Shown here: piece by piece, positions 39,619 through 51,297 of the stretch
How positions within the stretch are numbered: the stretch's first letter is position 1
Layout: each line of letters starts with the position of its first letter
Assembly (NCBI RefSeq): GCF_000497125.1
Contig: NC_090598.1
Location: 930,001-994,000, forward strand
Reading direction: 5' to 3'
From: Spironucleus salmonicida
Taxonomy: Eukaryota
Length of the DNA: 64,000 bases
Notes under the pieces: generated by a model
What the model was told of the DNA's origin: nothing
Databases searched by the model: none
Seen by the model: only the letters and a program-made list of their open reading frames with translations
Position numbers and translations under genes: made by a program

Positions 39619-39795
39619 TTAATTATAAGTGATCAATTGTATATTTTAAAATATTACTAAACAATCTTTAAATTTAGTAGTATTTTTCAATTATTAAATT
39701 AAATATAATATTAACGAATTCGTGATTACGTTTTTGGAAACTAAGTTACGTTTAGATAATATGAATATTGTAATATAATATTTTTTGCTATTAAA

Positions 39796-40017
39796 ATGGG
39801 AAATTGCATATCTAACGTTTCAGAGGCTGCTTAAAAGGACTAAGATATGCAAGAAAGCTAGTTAAATAATATTTAAAGGCTATAAATTAGACAACTTACA
39901 ATGTCAACTATCGATATTTCTAATTTTGAGTAAATTAGCACACCAACTTTAACTAATAATAGGTAGTCTAAGCGAAATTTATGGGGCTAGTTATAGAGAA
40001 ATTAGGTATCAGAGTGA
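39796..40017 (+). CDS. small MGxC protein, 73 aa
   Basis: MGNCISNVSEAAQ...; ends GAG TGA. Confidence 0.65.
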
Positions 40018-40516
40018 AGTATGAAGTAAAACTAATTATTACTTTTTTGTTTGTGTTAAAATTGTAACAATATGACTTTTCACCCCAGAAATATATTTTA
40101 TATCTATATTTTACATAAATGTATAGAATATTTAAAATCAGATCCAGAGAAACCTAAAATAAAGTATACTTAATTATTTATTATGCCAAATTATAATGGC
40201 AACTTATAATAATTGTTTAGTTTCGTAGTGAAAATGTCCATTATTATAGATTTTTTATAAACTTAGTTCGAAATTTTTAACCACAATTTTATCTGTTTCA
40301 ACTTTATATCAAGTATTTTTTAAAAAAGTAATTACTGAATTATTATACAATTATATATATTGCCTTTTTTCTTTTCTACGTATTTTCCCATATATTTTAA
40401 ATATATAATTAAATATAATAACTATTTTCATATCATTCCTATTTCACCTATAAATCCACTCTCCCCTCCAATTCATGACGTCCTAACCGCTGACGTAGGA
40501 TCACCTCAATTCCGCC

Positions 40517-41668
40517 ATGTCCGATGCACTTTCGTATTGCAAGTTCGGGAACTACGACTATCTACTCTCGCAAAACGACGTCCCCAAGATCACAGAAATG
40601 CTCTCCAAGGCGCTCGCCAAGCAGGCCAAGCACGGCGAAAACTCACCGCTGCTACTCGCCACGCAGCTAATAGCCGAGGCAGCGCAGTCGATTACAACGG
40701 ACTCGTTTTCAGAGTGCTTCAAGACCCCTAAATCGGCGTACCAGCTCACAATTTCCAACTTCCCCCAAATGTGTATGCGCACATTTTTTACTTACGTATT
40801 CTTGCTGCCGTTTCGGCTTTTCTTGTTCGTCTTCACGATGCTTTTCGGGGCGGTAACCGTCTCCGCCACGACTGGAAAAACGTCGCGTTTCTTTTTCAAT
40901 CTGACCGCGAAGCTTTTCGCTGCCTCTTTTGGAGCTTCAGGGACTATAATAAATGCTCCCACATCGGTATATAGGCCGGGGACCGTTTACGTGTCAAATC
41001 ACGCCAGCACGCTCGACTACGCCCTCATGTGCGCGGTGCAACCATTTGGAATCGTAGGGCAGAAGCATGGTGGGATTCAGGGTTTTATAGAGCGCTTCAT
41101 CGTCTCTAGCGTCTAACCGCTCATGTTCGACCGAACGGCGAAAAAGGAACGGGAAAAAGTATAAAAAGGAATGGAGAATCATATTTTTAGCGAGCATATC
41201 AAGAGCCCGCTTTTGATATTTCCAGAAGGCGTGTGTGTAAATAATAAGTTCGTGATGCAGTTCAAGCGGGGAGCTTTTTAGCTCGGAGCCGAAGTTATGC
41301 CGGTGAGTATTAAATATGGTGAAAAAAGTGTTCATGCTTATCATAATTCGAAAGAAAAGAACTTTATATAGTATATGATTTCAATATTCACTTAATGGGA
41401 ATTAGATTACAAAATTGAATTTTTGCCTGCAATGAAAATTGAGGAAGGCGAGAAGCCAGAAGAGTTCGCCCACCGAGTGCAGTTAGCTATCGCAAAGGCG
41501 GGTGGACTTATCCCGAGATAGTGGGATGGATTTTTGAAATATGTTACTGTGAGCGAAAAGATGATCGAAAAGCGAAAAGCTGGTTTCGCTAAGAGACTGG
41601 GCGTGGTTGATATGGTCGATGATGAGGGTAGCAGCACGATGAGTGTTTTGATAAGTGAAACATAATGA
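40517..41668 (+). CDS. GPAT3/4-like (PlsC-fold) glycerolipid acyltransferase
   Basis: VSNHASTLD, GQKHGG, FDR, LIFPEGVCVNN, FKRGAF, PVSIKY, WDGFLK. Confidence 0.92.
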
Positions 41669-41719
41669 CTTTTAATATATAATATTATAATTCTTTCATA
41701 GGAGTGGAAATTAAACATA

Positions 41720-42415
41720 ATGAATTAGTCCGCCTCATAGAAAATAACTAAAGAGCTCGGACAGTCGTATACAATAACTACTTAGATAGTAGATAGATCC
41801 ATTAGGCCTGGTGCTGGTTTTTATGATTTAAACTCTTCTTTTAAGGCAGTTTCCAAAAATATTCGAGGTGGATCAATGGGAATTAGGCCGTAGCTGAAGT
41901 AACAGTCATCAACGCCGTCCAATATTGGACCAGGAATATATTGTGCAAAAACATCACTTAAAAACTATGGTGCAATGTTATCCAAAGTACCAGCCAAAGA
42001 TTTTGACTACAAAACTCCAGTTTTTGTAGGGCCTGGGGCGTATAGCAAATAAAGCACATTATTTTAGCGTGAAATTACTATACCAAAAACTTAAAGGGCG
42101 ATATCTGCATCAGCAGGCGAATAGTCACCAGGCCCTCAATCGTATAGACTTGAACAGTATTTTGATAAATCTAAAAAAGCGTCCAATGCTCCTTTAATGG
42201 CATCTACTAGATCTCTTAACATTAATTCTAATCCTGGCCCTTTAGAATACTTCAAGAATAGAGATATTTAAGGTATAAAATGGAAGTTTAATACATCCAC
42301 GCAAGTTAATAAACCAAATATTGTCCCTGGTGTGGGTACATACACTTTAAGGTAGGAAATGAACCAATCATAAGGTTCTACCTGTAAAGTAAGAAGTTAT
42401 GGTCTTACATACTGA
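41720..42415 (+). CDS. SHIPPO/PG-rich repeat axonemal protein (ODF3-like)
   Basis: Repeats PGAGFY, IGPGIY, VGPGAY, PGPQSY, PGPLEY, PGVGTY. Confidence 0.85.
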
Positions 42416-42675
42416 TTTTTAGTAAATTCCTTATATAATTAATAAATATATAATAAACTATTTTTTAATATATACATAAATTCCATAATATAATTAGTTT
42501 TATGAAAATAACGAATGTACTCAAACGGTATACTTCTAAATTTAAGTGTACTTAAATACGAAGTTTAAATTAATAAATATTATGATATTATTTATAATAT
42601 CCAATCAGTAAAACATATTGCGTAATAATTAGTATTATAATTCTATAATAATTAATAAAATTTCACAGTAAAATA

Positions 42676-42894
42676 ATGGGTCAATGTTTTAATATGTGTA
42701 AAACAACAACCTAGAAAACAGATTCTGAAAAAGCTTCACAAATAATTTCTAATGGCTAAGTAGAAATTCGAGCAATACCATCTCTAATTATAAATTTCGA
42801 CTAAGAATTGCCATAAATGAATACGTTCAAACTTTAGGACCATCTTAAAGATATATAATCGGAATCTGATGGCTCTGTATAAGGTAATGTGTGA
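42676..42894 (+). CDS. small MGxC protein, 72 aa
   Basis: MGQCFNMCKTT...VQGNV*. Confidence 0.6.
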
Positions 42895-42927
42895 GAAATG
42901 AACTAATATAAATATTATAATATCCGC

Positions 42928-43389
42928 TCATCTTCTGCAAAGAACTTTAACGAAATCAGCATATTTGATTTACCCTTCGCTATCGATGTCAGCCTCTCTT
43001 AATAAGTCATCAACTTCATCTTCATCTAACTTTTCACCAATATGAGTTAAGACGTGTCTTAACTCAGCAGCATTGACAAAACCATCACCGTTTCTATCAA
43101 ATACCCTGAAAGCTTCCTTGAGCTCTTCTTCAGAATCCTGATTTCTGGCCTTAGATACCATTAAACGAACGAATTCGATAAAGTTAATAACACCATTACC
43201 GTCAACATCGATAGAATTTACCATATCAGCAAGCTCAGCCTCAGTAGGATTTTAACCTAAAGAACGCATAACAGTACCAAGCTCAGCAGTAGTAATATTA
43301 CCATCACCATTGCGATCAAAGAGATTGAATGCTTCCTTATATTCGTCCAGGGTTTCCTATGCAATATCAAGAGGGAGTTCAGAATCCAT
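42928..43389 (-). CDS. CaM: calmodulin
   Basis: [36 protein letters not shown]...[14 protein letters not shown]; four EF hands; Gln of GQNP encoded by TAA. Confidence 0.95.
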
Positions 43390-43506
43390 ATAAGTGAAAT
43401 GGTAAAATTTGGAGTGGAAGCAAAAATACATTTATTTATTATATAATAATTTTAATTAAGTTTATATTTACATAATTTTACGATATGAAATAGCTCCCAC
43501 TTAAAC

Positions 43507-46242
43507 TCACTTATTGAACCCACCGTCACATTTCAAAACCTCACGCTGCAGATTGAACGAACCTGTATCTGTCAGATATTCTGGCCTCTAAAATGCCTAA
43601 TCTGAGTCTCCTACCTAGGTCAGCATTTGGCTCAACAGGCCGCTCTGGACAGGCTTAATTCCAGTCCCGAGAGCACTTAGACCAGCATTTGAGTCTACCA
43701 AAATATTTTGCTTCCTATCATGATATTTGAAATCCCGAACGCTGAGCGCGGACTCATTATTGTATTCTTTCGATTAAATCTCCTCTGCCATCTGTAAAAT
43801 ACTACGCTAGTCCTCTGTACAGGAATCCATGTGCTGTAAAGAGCCTCCAAACCGCACAGGAATCACCTTTTCCGCCCCAACATGTGATATAATAGAATTT
43901 GGCTTATAGCCTCTTGCCGATTTCAGCTCTGCATCCATCAAGATTTGAGAGGCTGCGGAGAGAATTTCGAACTGGTTTTGGGTACAAGAATCTTGGTGTG
44001 ATAACTACCTGGACAGACGTTCCCGTTTTGCTATTTTTGGGGCTTCTTATTATGCAGAATTCGAGTTCTCGCGATTTGTCAGTGCGGATTTTCGATTTTT
44101 GAAGCTTTCTGAGTCATTTTGAATCTGCTGCGCAATTTAAAATACCTCAAACTGGTTCTAAGTATAAGAATCAACATGTTGTAGCATCAAGTTGTTTCGG
44201 TTAGTTTTTGCCAGGTGCTAAGGTGGAAGGTAAGTTTCCGCTTCGTCTGACTCGCTAGCAGTTTCCTCCTCTTGGATATCGTCTACGGTTTGTTGGTTTT
44301 TGAATCTAGAACTCGTTTCCCCGAAAACAGGAACATTTAGTTTTAGTCTCTGCTGCGTCAGTTTTTGAGGTTCTGTTGTTTAGAGTTAGATGTCTGAAAT
44401 ATCAGAAGATTCGCCAAGATTCGACAAATCTGTCGTTTTAACGTTTTTACCTGCTGCACCCTAGGCATCCATCTCGCGCGCGCTGGCGAGGGCAGCGTCG
44501 CGCATGATGTCCATTTGGTTCTACTGGCATGAGTCTGCGTGCTGGAGGCCGAGGTTGCGGACGCCGCGCGGGACCTCCTGCTTCTACTGGGAGGCATGCA
44601 CCGGAGTCGAAACAGGTTCCTCGTCATCCTCATCGTCGTCTGGCTGGGCGTGGTTGGCGTATCTTGACTTGGTGACGGCGGAAGACTTCGGGGGTGCGTC
44701 CTCAATGTTGGCGTCCGACGGCTCCATGTCCAGCTCGTCCTTGTTCTTCGCCTGGGCCAGCCTGGAGTTAGCCTCCCTCGGCTGGTGCTTCGTCTCGTGC
44801 AGGGTGTTAATGTCCGTGCCTTACTCCCCGTCCAAGTTCTCGGAGGCGGCCTAGGCTGCCATCTGCATAATATCCAGCTGGTTTTGCTGGCAGGAATCTG
44901 CATGCGTCAGCTGTCCGGCAAAGCGACCTTTTGCTTATTTCTGGGGTTATTATATCACTGAAGTGATTTTATTATGTTCCCCTTAGGTAGCCTCATTTTA
45001 TATGGAGTTTGCAATATCAAACAGTTCTTGTTAGTTCTGTGTACAAGAGTCCGCATGTTAGAGTTGTAAACTTCTACCACCACGCATATTTGACTACCTA
45101 GAATTTATTTTTTGATTAGTTTAATTTTGGGATGACTTATCAGGGTGATAAGCATCTGAATTTAATTGATCTGAATTTTTACTATGCTGTGCAGTGCCAT
45201 TAGAGTTTATAACCTAGTAATCCTTTTGATCCTACTGGTCTGCTGCACCCTAGGCATCCATCTCGCGCGCGCTGGCGAGGGCAGCGTCGCGCATGATGTC
45301 CATTTGGTTCTACTGGCATGAGTCTGCGTGCTGGAGGCCGAGGTTGCGGACGCCGCGCGGGACCTCCTGCTTCTACTGGGAGGCATGCACCGGAGTCGAA
45401 ACAGGTTCCTCGTCATCCTCATCGTCGTCTGGCTGGGCGTGGTTGGCGTATCTTGACTTGGTGACGGCGGAAGACTTCGGGGGTGCGTCCTCAATGTTGG
45501 CGTCCGACGGCTCCATGTCCAGCTCGTCCTTGTTCTTCGCCTGGGCCAGCCTGGAGTTAGCCTCCCTCGGCTGGTGCTTCGTCTCGTGCAGGGTGTTAAT
45601 GTCCGTGCCTTACTCCCCGTCCAAGTTCTCGGAGGCGGCCTAGGCTGCCATCTGCATAATATCCAGCTGGTTTTGCTGGCAGGAATCTGCATGCGTCAGC
45701 TGTCCGGCAAAGCGACCTTTTACTTGCTTTTGCGTATTTATTGCAACATTAGGTTATATCTATTTGATTTGATTAGGTATCCAATCTTTATTTTCTTCAT
45801 TACTATCTAAGCAATCATCAATATCTAAGGTCTACTTCAAATCGTTCTTAATCAAAGATATGTCCACGGAATTTTTATGTTACCTAACTAAATATTTATC
45901 TAAATTTTAACAAAATTAAAACTACTAATGCGGTTCTTCGGGAGGTTCCTTAATTTTACTAGTAATTTACTAAACTTTAACATAGCCGATTTTTTTAGGT
46001 ACAAAATCAACGTTTGGTGAATTTTTAAGCGATTTTTGCACTAAACTATTTTATGGCAAAGTCATTCGCTAAGGTGATTATGTTCTAACTTGTTATGATT
46101 TAGATAATTTACTAACCAATGTTTACATTCTTTTTGACTATTAATCGTATTTATCTACTTATTATGGCATATAAACCCCAGTATCACCAAGCTATAAAGT
46201 TTGCGTTAATGGTGTGGTAGTTTTTTTAGGTATGTAATTCAT
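43507..46242 (-). CDS. hypothetical low-complexity repeat protein, 911 aa, with 8 HxDSCxQNQ motifs
   Basis: Single code-6 frame from ATG 46242 to AAG TGA; the track ORFs over this region are in other frames. Confidence 0.85.
44451..45721. repeat. 482 bp perfect direct repeat (44451..44932 = 45240..45721)
   Basis: Identical by inspection; offset 789 bp preserves the reading frame. Confidence 0.95.
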
Positions 46243-46364
46243 TTATAATCGCTAATATATTGCAATATATTATCATATTAATATATATTCTTTTTGATAT
46301 TATTTTATATTTTATATACGATATAATAATCAATATTCCCCACTCCTTATAACCATTTCACCAA

Positions 46365-48350
46365 ATGCCACCGAAAGCCGCTAAAGGCCCAATTCCAGCC
46401 ATTACATTTAACCCAGAGTTCTGCTCTGCATTCATAGCTGTTCTAGTAAATTAAGCCAACTCCCAGGCATCTTATTTCATCTCTAAAGACGTGGAAACGA
46501 TTTCCTATACGTTCAACGATATCACCCTTACTGGTCTTGAAAACGTAGCTGCGCACATTCTACCTAGCTACAACGCAGCCCTCTTGGCCACCCTCCTGCC
46601 CCTCTGCTACACCGCTTTCGACCTCCCTCTCGTGACCGCAGAACTCGAAAAAATCGATCCAGAAAACGTTTTTTATATCTCAGAATCGCCTTTTGTGCAA
46701 CAAAATTTAAACGAATTTCCGACGCTCTAAACCGCTCCAGGACCCGTAAAAGCGGCCAGGGGCCAAGTGGCGGTGGCGTTCAAGAAGTTCCTTCAGGCCC
46801 AGCCTCAGGACACCACTCCAGTGCTGTAAAACGTAGGGAAAGAAGTTGTGACAAGATTCCCTCCAGAGCCTTCAGGTTTTCTTCACATCGGACACGCAAA
46901 AGCGGCCATTTTGAACCACTTTTTTGCCCGGAAATACTCCGGGAAATTGCATTTTCGACTCGACGACACGAATCCAGCTAAAGAAAACCCGGAATTCGTC
47001 GATAACATCATAGCAGATTTGCACGTTCTGAACATCAACTTCGACTCCATGAGTTACACATCGGACCATTTTGAGCTTTTCATGCAAAAGTGCGAATTTC
47101 TCATCAAAAAAAATCTTGCGTACGCCGATTAGACCGTAACTGATATAATGCAAAAGGAGCGATTTGATGGAGTGGAAAGTCAATTTCGAAATGCCTCAAT
47201 CGACGAAAATCTGGCGCTTTGGGAGCAGATGAAAAGCGGCACTCCGGAGGGCCAGAAAACGTGCATTCGCGCCAAATGCGACATGGCGAGTCTCAATAAG
47301 TGCATGCGCGATTTCGTCATTTATCGCGTTAACGTGAAGGACGCGCACCACCGAACTGGCAGGAAATTCAGCGTTTACCCGACTTACGACTTCTCCTGCC
47401 CCATTATTGACAGCATTGAGGGCATCACGCACGCGCTCCGCACGACTGAGTTTTTGGACCGAAATGAGCAATATTAGTGGATAAACCGCTAGCTGGGCCT
47501 CAGGTGCCCCGAATTGCAGGATTTCTCGAGATTGAGAATGCAATATAGCATAATGAGCAAGCGGCATTTATAGTGGTTTGTGGACGAAAATAAGGTCGAA
47601 TCGTGGTTTGATCCTCGTTTCCCAACCGTTCAGGGCTTGATGCGCAGGGGGCTGCTAGTTAAGACTATTGAGGAGTTCATTATTGGATAGGGCGCTTCAC
47701 GCCGTTTGAATTATCAGGAATGGTCCAAATTATGGGCTTTGAATAAGCAGAGATTGGAGCCAATTTCTAAGCGTTTCCACTCAGTTTTAGAGGGTTTTAA
47801 GGAGGTGTAGCTGTCAAATATTGAAGATACGACCGTGGAACTTCCACTTCATCCCAAAAATAGTGCTATCGGCACATATAAGAAGCAGTAAAACAGCAAA
47901 ATTTTCATTTCGCCTTTAGACTATGAGGCATTCGAGTAAGCTGAGGAGGGCAAGAAATTCACCTTAATGGGTTGGGGAAATTTTGTAAAAGTTGATGGAA
48001 AATTGAAAAATTTCTTAGAAAATAAAGATTACGCAGACACTATCAAGTTTACCTGGGTTTCATCACTTTTAAAGGTCAAACTTGTTTATTACGGCCAGTT
48101 AGTTACAAAGGCAATCTTGGAAGAAAATGACGATTTTAAGGATTTCGTAAATCCAAACTCCAAGAGAGAGTTTGGCGCGTACGTCTAAGACAACTTTGCC
48201 GATTACGTTAAGGTCGGTGACATCCTCCAGTTGGAGAGAATGGGTTTTTACTACGTCGACAAGATCGAAGACAACGAGTACGTGCTGAACTACGTTCCAG
48301 AGGGCAAGGCAAAAGCCCAGGTCGGTGCTTTTACTTTCGACGAAGAATGA
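46365..48350 (+). CDS. GluRS: glutamyl-tRNA synthetase (eukaryotic type)
   Basis: VTRFPPEPSGFLHIGHAKAA, RLDDTNP, YPTYDFSCPIIDSIEGITHALRTTE, MSKR, DPRFPTV, QLERMGFY. Confidence 0.95.
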
Positions 48351-48359
48351 TGCTTTTGA

Positions 48360-48704
48360 TCACTCAATCAGCTGATCCACGAGGTCCAGATTAAACAGAT
48401 GCTCGCCGAATTCCTTTATTTCCAGAGGTTTGGCCTGAGAAAGTCCCAGTGGCTTGATGGTTATTGAACCTGAAGTATTGATGTAGTGGAGTTTCCGCAT
48501 AGATCTGTTCGACGGGGCGCGTTCTCTAGCGGTACGTGCTGTTTTTGGCTTGAAATCAAACTTCTCAAGTTCCTCCAAATCGGCAGAAAGGGTTAATTTT
48601 TATGTGTGCATGAAGGAATTTACTAGTTTATTTCTGGGTATCAAAACCGGTATTACTGGCTTAGGAAATACATCGTACGGAGACTTTAGTATGTTTTTTC
48701 TCAT
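48360..48704 (-). CDS. hypothetical protein, 114 aa
   Basis: Code-6 extension of the track ORF; ends GAG TGA. Confidence 0.65.
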
Positions 48705-48749
48705 TCGATCTAACTTAATATATTATATTAAATATAATTATGTGTATAA

Positions 48750-49049
48750 ATGAATTTTATTCTACCGCTACCTGAGACGTAAGTGAGCTCATCATTCTTA
48801 CCAAAGTGTTAGTGTCGGCCTAAATAGATTCTTATGCGTAACAATGAAGTTGAATAGCAATAGCTAAAAGTAGCAAAATATTAGGTTAAGCGAAAAATAT
48901 AGCCTATTCTTATTTATGCATTAAAATCCTAAAAATCACCTCTTTAAATACTAAAAATATAGCTCAAAAGCGCTCAATCATCACAAGTTAACAATCTTCA
49001 AATTTAAAGGGACCCGAAGCCTTTAAATAAAAAATAATGTAGATAATGA
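48750..49049 (+). CDS. hypothetical basic protein, 99 aa
   Basis: Code-6 ORF MNFILPLPETQ... Confidence 0.45.
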
Positions 49050-49794
49050 AAAATTAACTTGAAAATGAGTTAGTTCTCGTTTATTAAATTTTATAATAAC
49101 TTGGTTCAATGTTAAAAATTTTATTTGCGAAACTAATATTTTCAAGATACTAATTTTAAACCCTCTATGTATTCAATATTTAGAAAGTAATGATATTATA
49201 TCTGGATAATCGAAGAAAATGAGGTAAATCATTAGTAATAGTTTCATTTATTTTTATGTGGAGAATTACTTTTTCTTATTTATTGTTAAAAAAATGTTAT
49301 TTGTATCATTACATGTTTTATTCTTCTATATATGATTAAAGAGTATCAATTTATAAAAGTTTCTTTAAACTAAACAGTATAATTTATAATAGAAAATAAA
49401 TTTTATTAATATTGTGTTAAGTATGTTAGTAATACTATGTAGGATATAAAATTAGTATGAAGTATTTACGTGCTAGAATAACGAAGTTGATTATTGTAAA
49501 ATTGAGTTATTAATAAAGAAAAATTAGTAATAAATAAAAAACCATTAGACTTATCACATATACTAAGAAAGATTTATTTACATTATGAAATTAAAAATAT
49601 ATAAAAAATAATTTTGTTCTACTTAACATCTATTCTTGGAAATTAACTTTACTAATTGATAATATATTTGTTATAGAAGATGTTTTGGTTAAGAACTACA
49701 ACATTATCACTTAGAATACATGATATTTGTAAAAAAATAGTAAATTATTACTATAAGAAATTAACCACAATAACATAGTTAAAAAAACCAAATT

Positions 49795-50025
49795 TCATTT
49801 ATCACGTGCAATTCGATATAGAGTCATATTCACTAAATCGTTTTACGTTAATCTACCAAATCCTGATTTTCTACAGCTTCTGAGCTCAATTTTGTCTAAA
49901 GTTGGAGTTTTATATCTAGGTTTTTAAGCCAATACAGGCTACGTTGAGAACATTTTAGGCTTAAAAGACTTGGTCATTGCAATTGATGCCCGTAATTCTT
50001 GGTTTATTTAATTTGACTAGTTCAT
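49795..50025 (-). CDS. hypothetical protein, 76 aa
   Basis: MNQSNQINQELRAS...; preceded by tcactctccaa. Confidence 0.5.
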
Positions 50026-50192
50026 TTGGAGAGTGATAAAACATATGGTATGGATATTATACCATTATAAATTAAAACTATGTGTTTATTATTAATCTAA
50101 TGATCCATATTATATTACATTATATAGTTATATTTACTAATGTTGAATTATATATATTATACACTATTAATCCGTAGTCCTCATTTCTAAAA

Positions 50193-50888
50193 ATGGAAAG
50201 TTTTACTATGTAGGAGGCTAAGCAAGTAACTCTTTTAAGTTCTATTCAGTATGTAGATTATATATCAGAGTTTAAACGTAAAAGCGTAAGAAACCCATTT
50301 ATATAAAAACTGAGTGATGACGATATCACGAACTCAAAGATAACTATCGCATAAAGCATACTTAAAGGCTCAAGGCAGGCTATTTCACCGCCAAAATATC
50401 AAAATTATAACCATAATAAAAGGAATACCTAGCTAGAGTATCTGAGCGACCTGAAAATTGAAGATATCATTGATTCCGCCACTATTTCAGTCAAGCCAGC
50501 AACATCGGTTTTGTTATCTAAAGCTGAGGTTGATGCGTCGTTGAGCTATGAGACCGTCTACCAGACACGCACTAAGCCCTCTAAAATTGAAAATTTCGAA
50601 TGCCAGAAGACTGAGAAATTTTAAAAACAATCAGCTGCAAATAGCAAGCTCATATACGAAATATTCGATTAGCAGCATTTATTGCAGGACCATCACCAGC
50701 GTATACGGGAGAAGTACGAAAGCGACAAGAAGCAGTGGTCAGAGCGGCTGTACAAAGAGGACTTCAGGGCCGTAAAACCAGCCGTGATGCACAAGGAGTA
50801 CGATGCGAAGGTGAAGAACGAGCTAATTAGGAGGTACGGAGAGCGGATTCGGGTTGAGAACCTACAGCGGCTGCAGCTGGCAAAGTGA
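50193..50888 (+). CDS. hypothetical protein, 231 aa
   Basis: Code-6 ORF; ends AAG TGA. Confidence 0.7.
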
Positions 50889-51297
50889 GCGGGTAGCAAG
50901 CAAACCCAGCTGTGTAATTTGATGATATAAACAGTGATGGGGCTACTAATTAGGAGAGGTGACTAAATATTATGATTATGCGAATTTCACTATTTTCTAG
51001 CTTACTTATATCAGTAAGGACTATCTTGCGAGTGAAAATCGAAATCGGTTAATGAAGCGGTTAGAACGGTAGAACACGCACTGCCTGACACATTTTGATA
51101 CTAATATAAACTATTTAGACCGAAATCTGCGAACTCCGCTATACACCATACTTACACATACTATCTCCGTAAACCAGCCGCCCAAAACCTTATAACTATC
51201 ATTATTATATATTATATAACATTTATATTTTCCACTCCACAATAATTTTACGATTATTATATATTATATATTAATTTATACAACCACTCCAAATCAA

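Noticed and set aside
44358..45692. Track ORFs MQIPASKT... and MMSIWFYW...
   Set aside because: Alternative-frame or antisense shadows of the 43507..46242 gene
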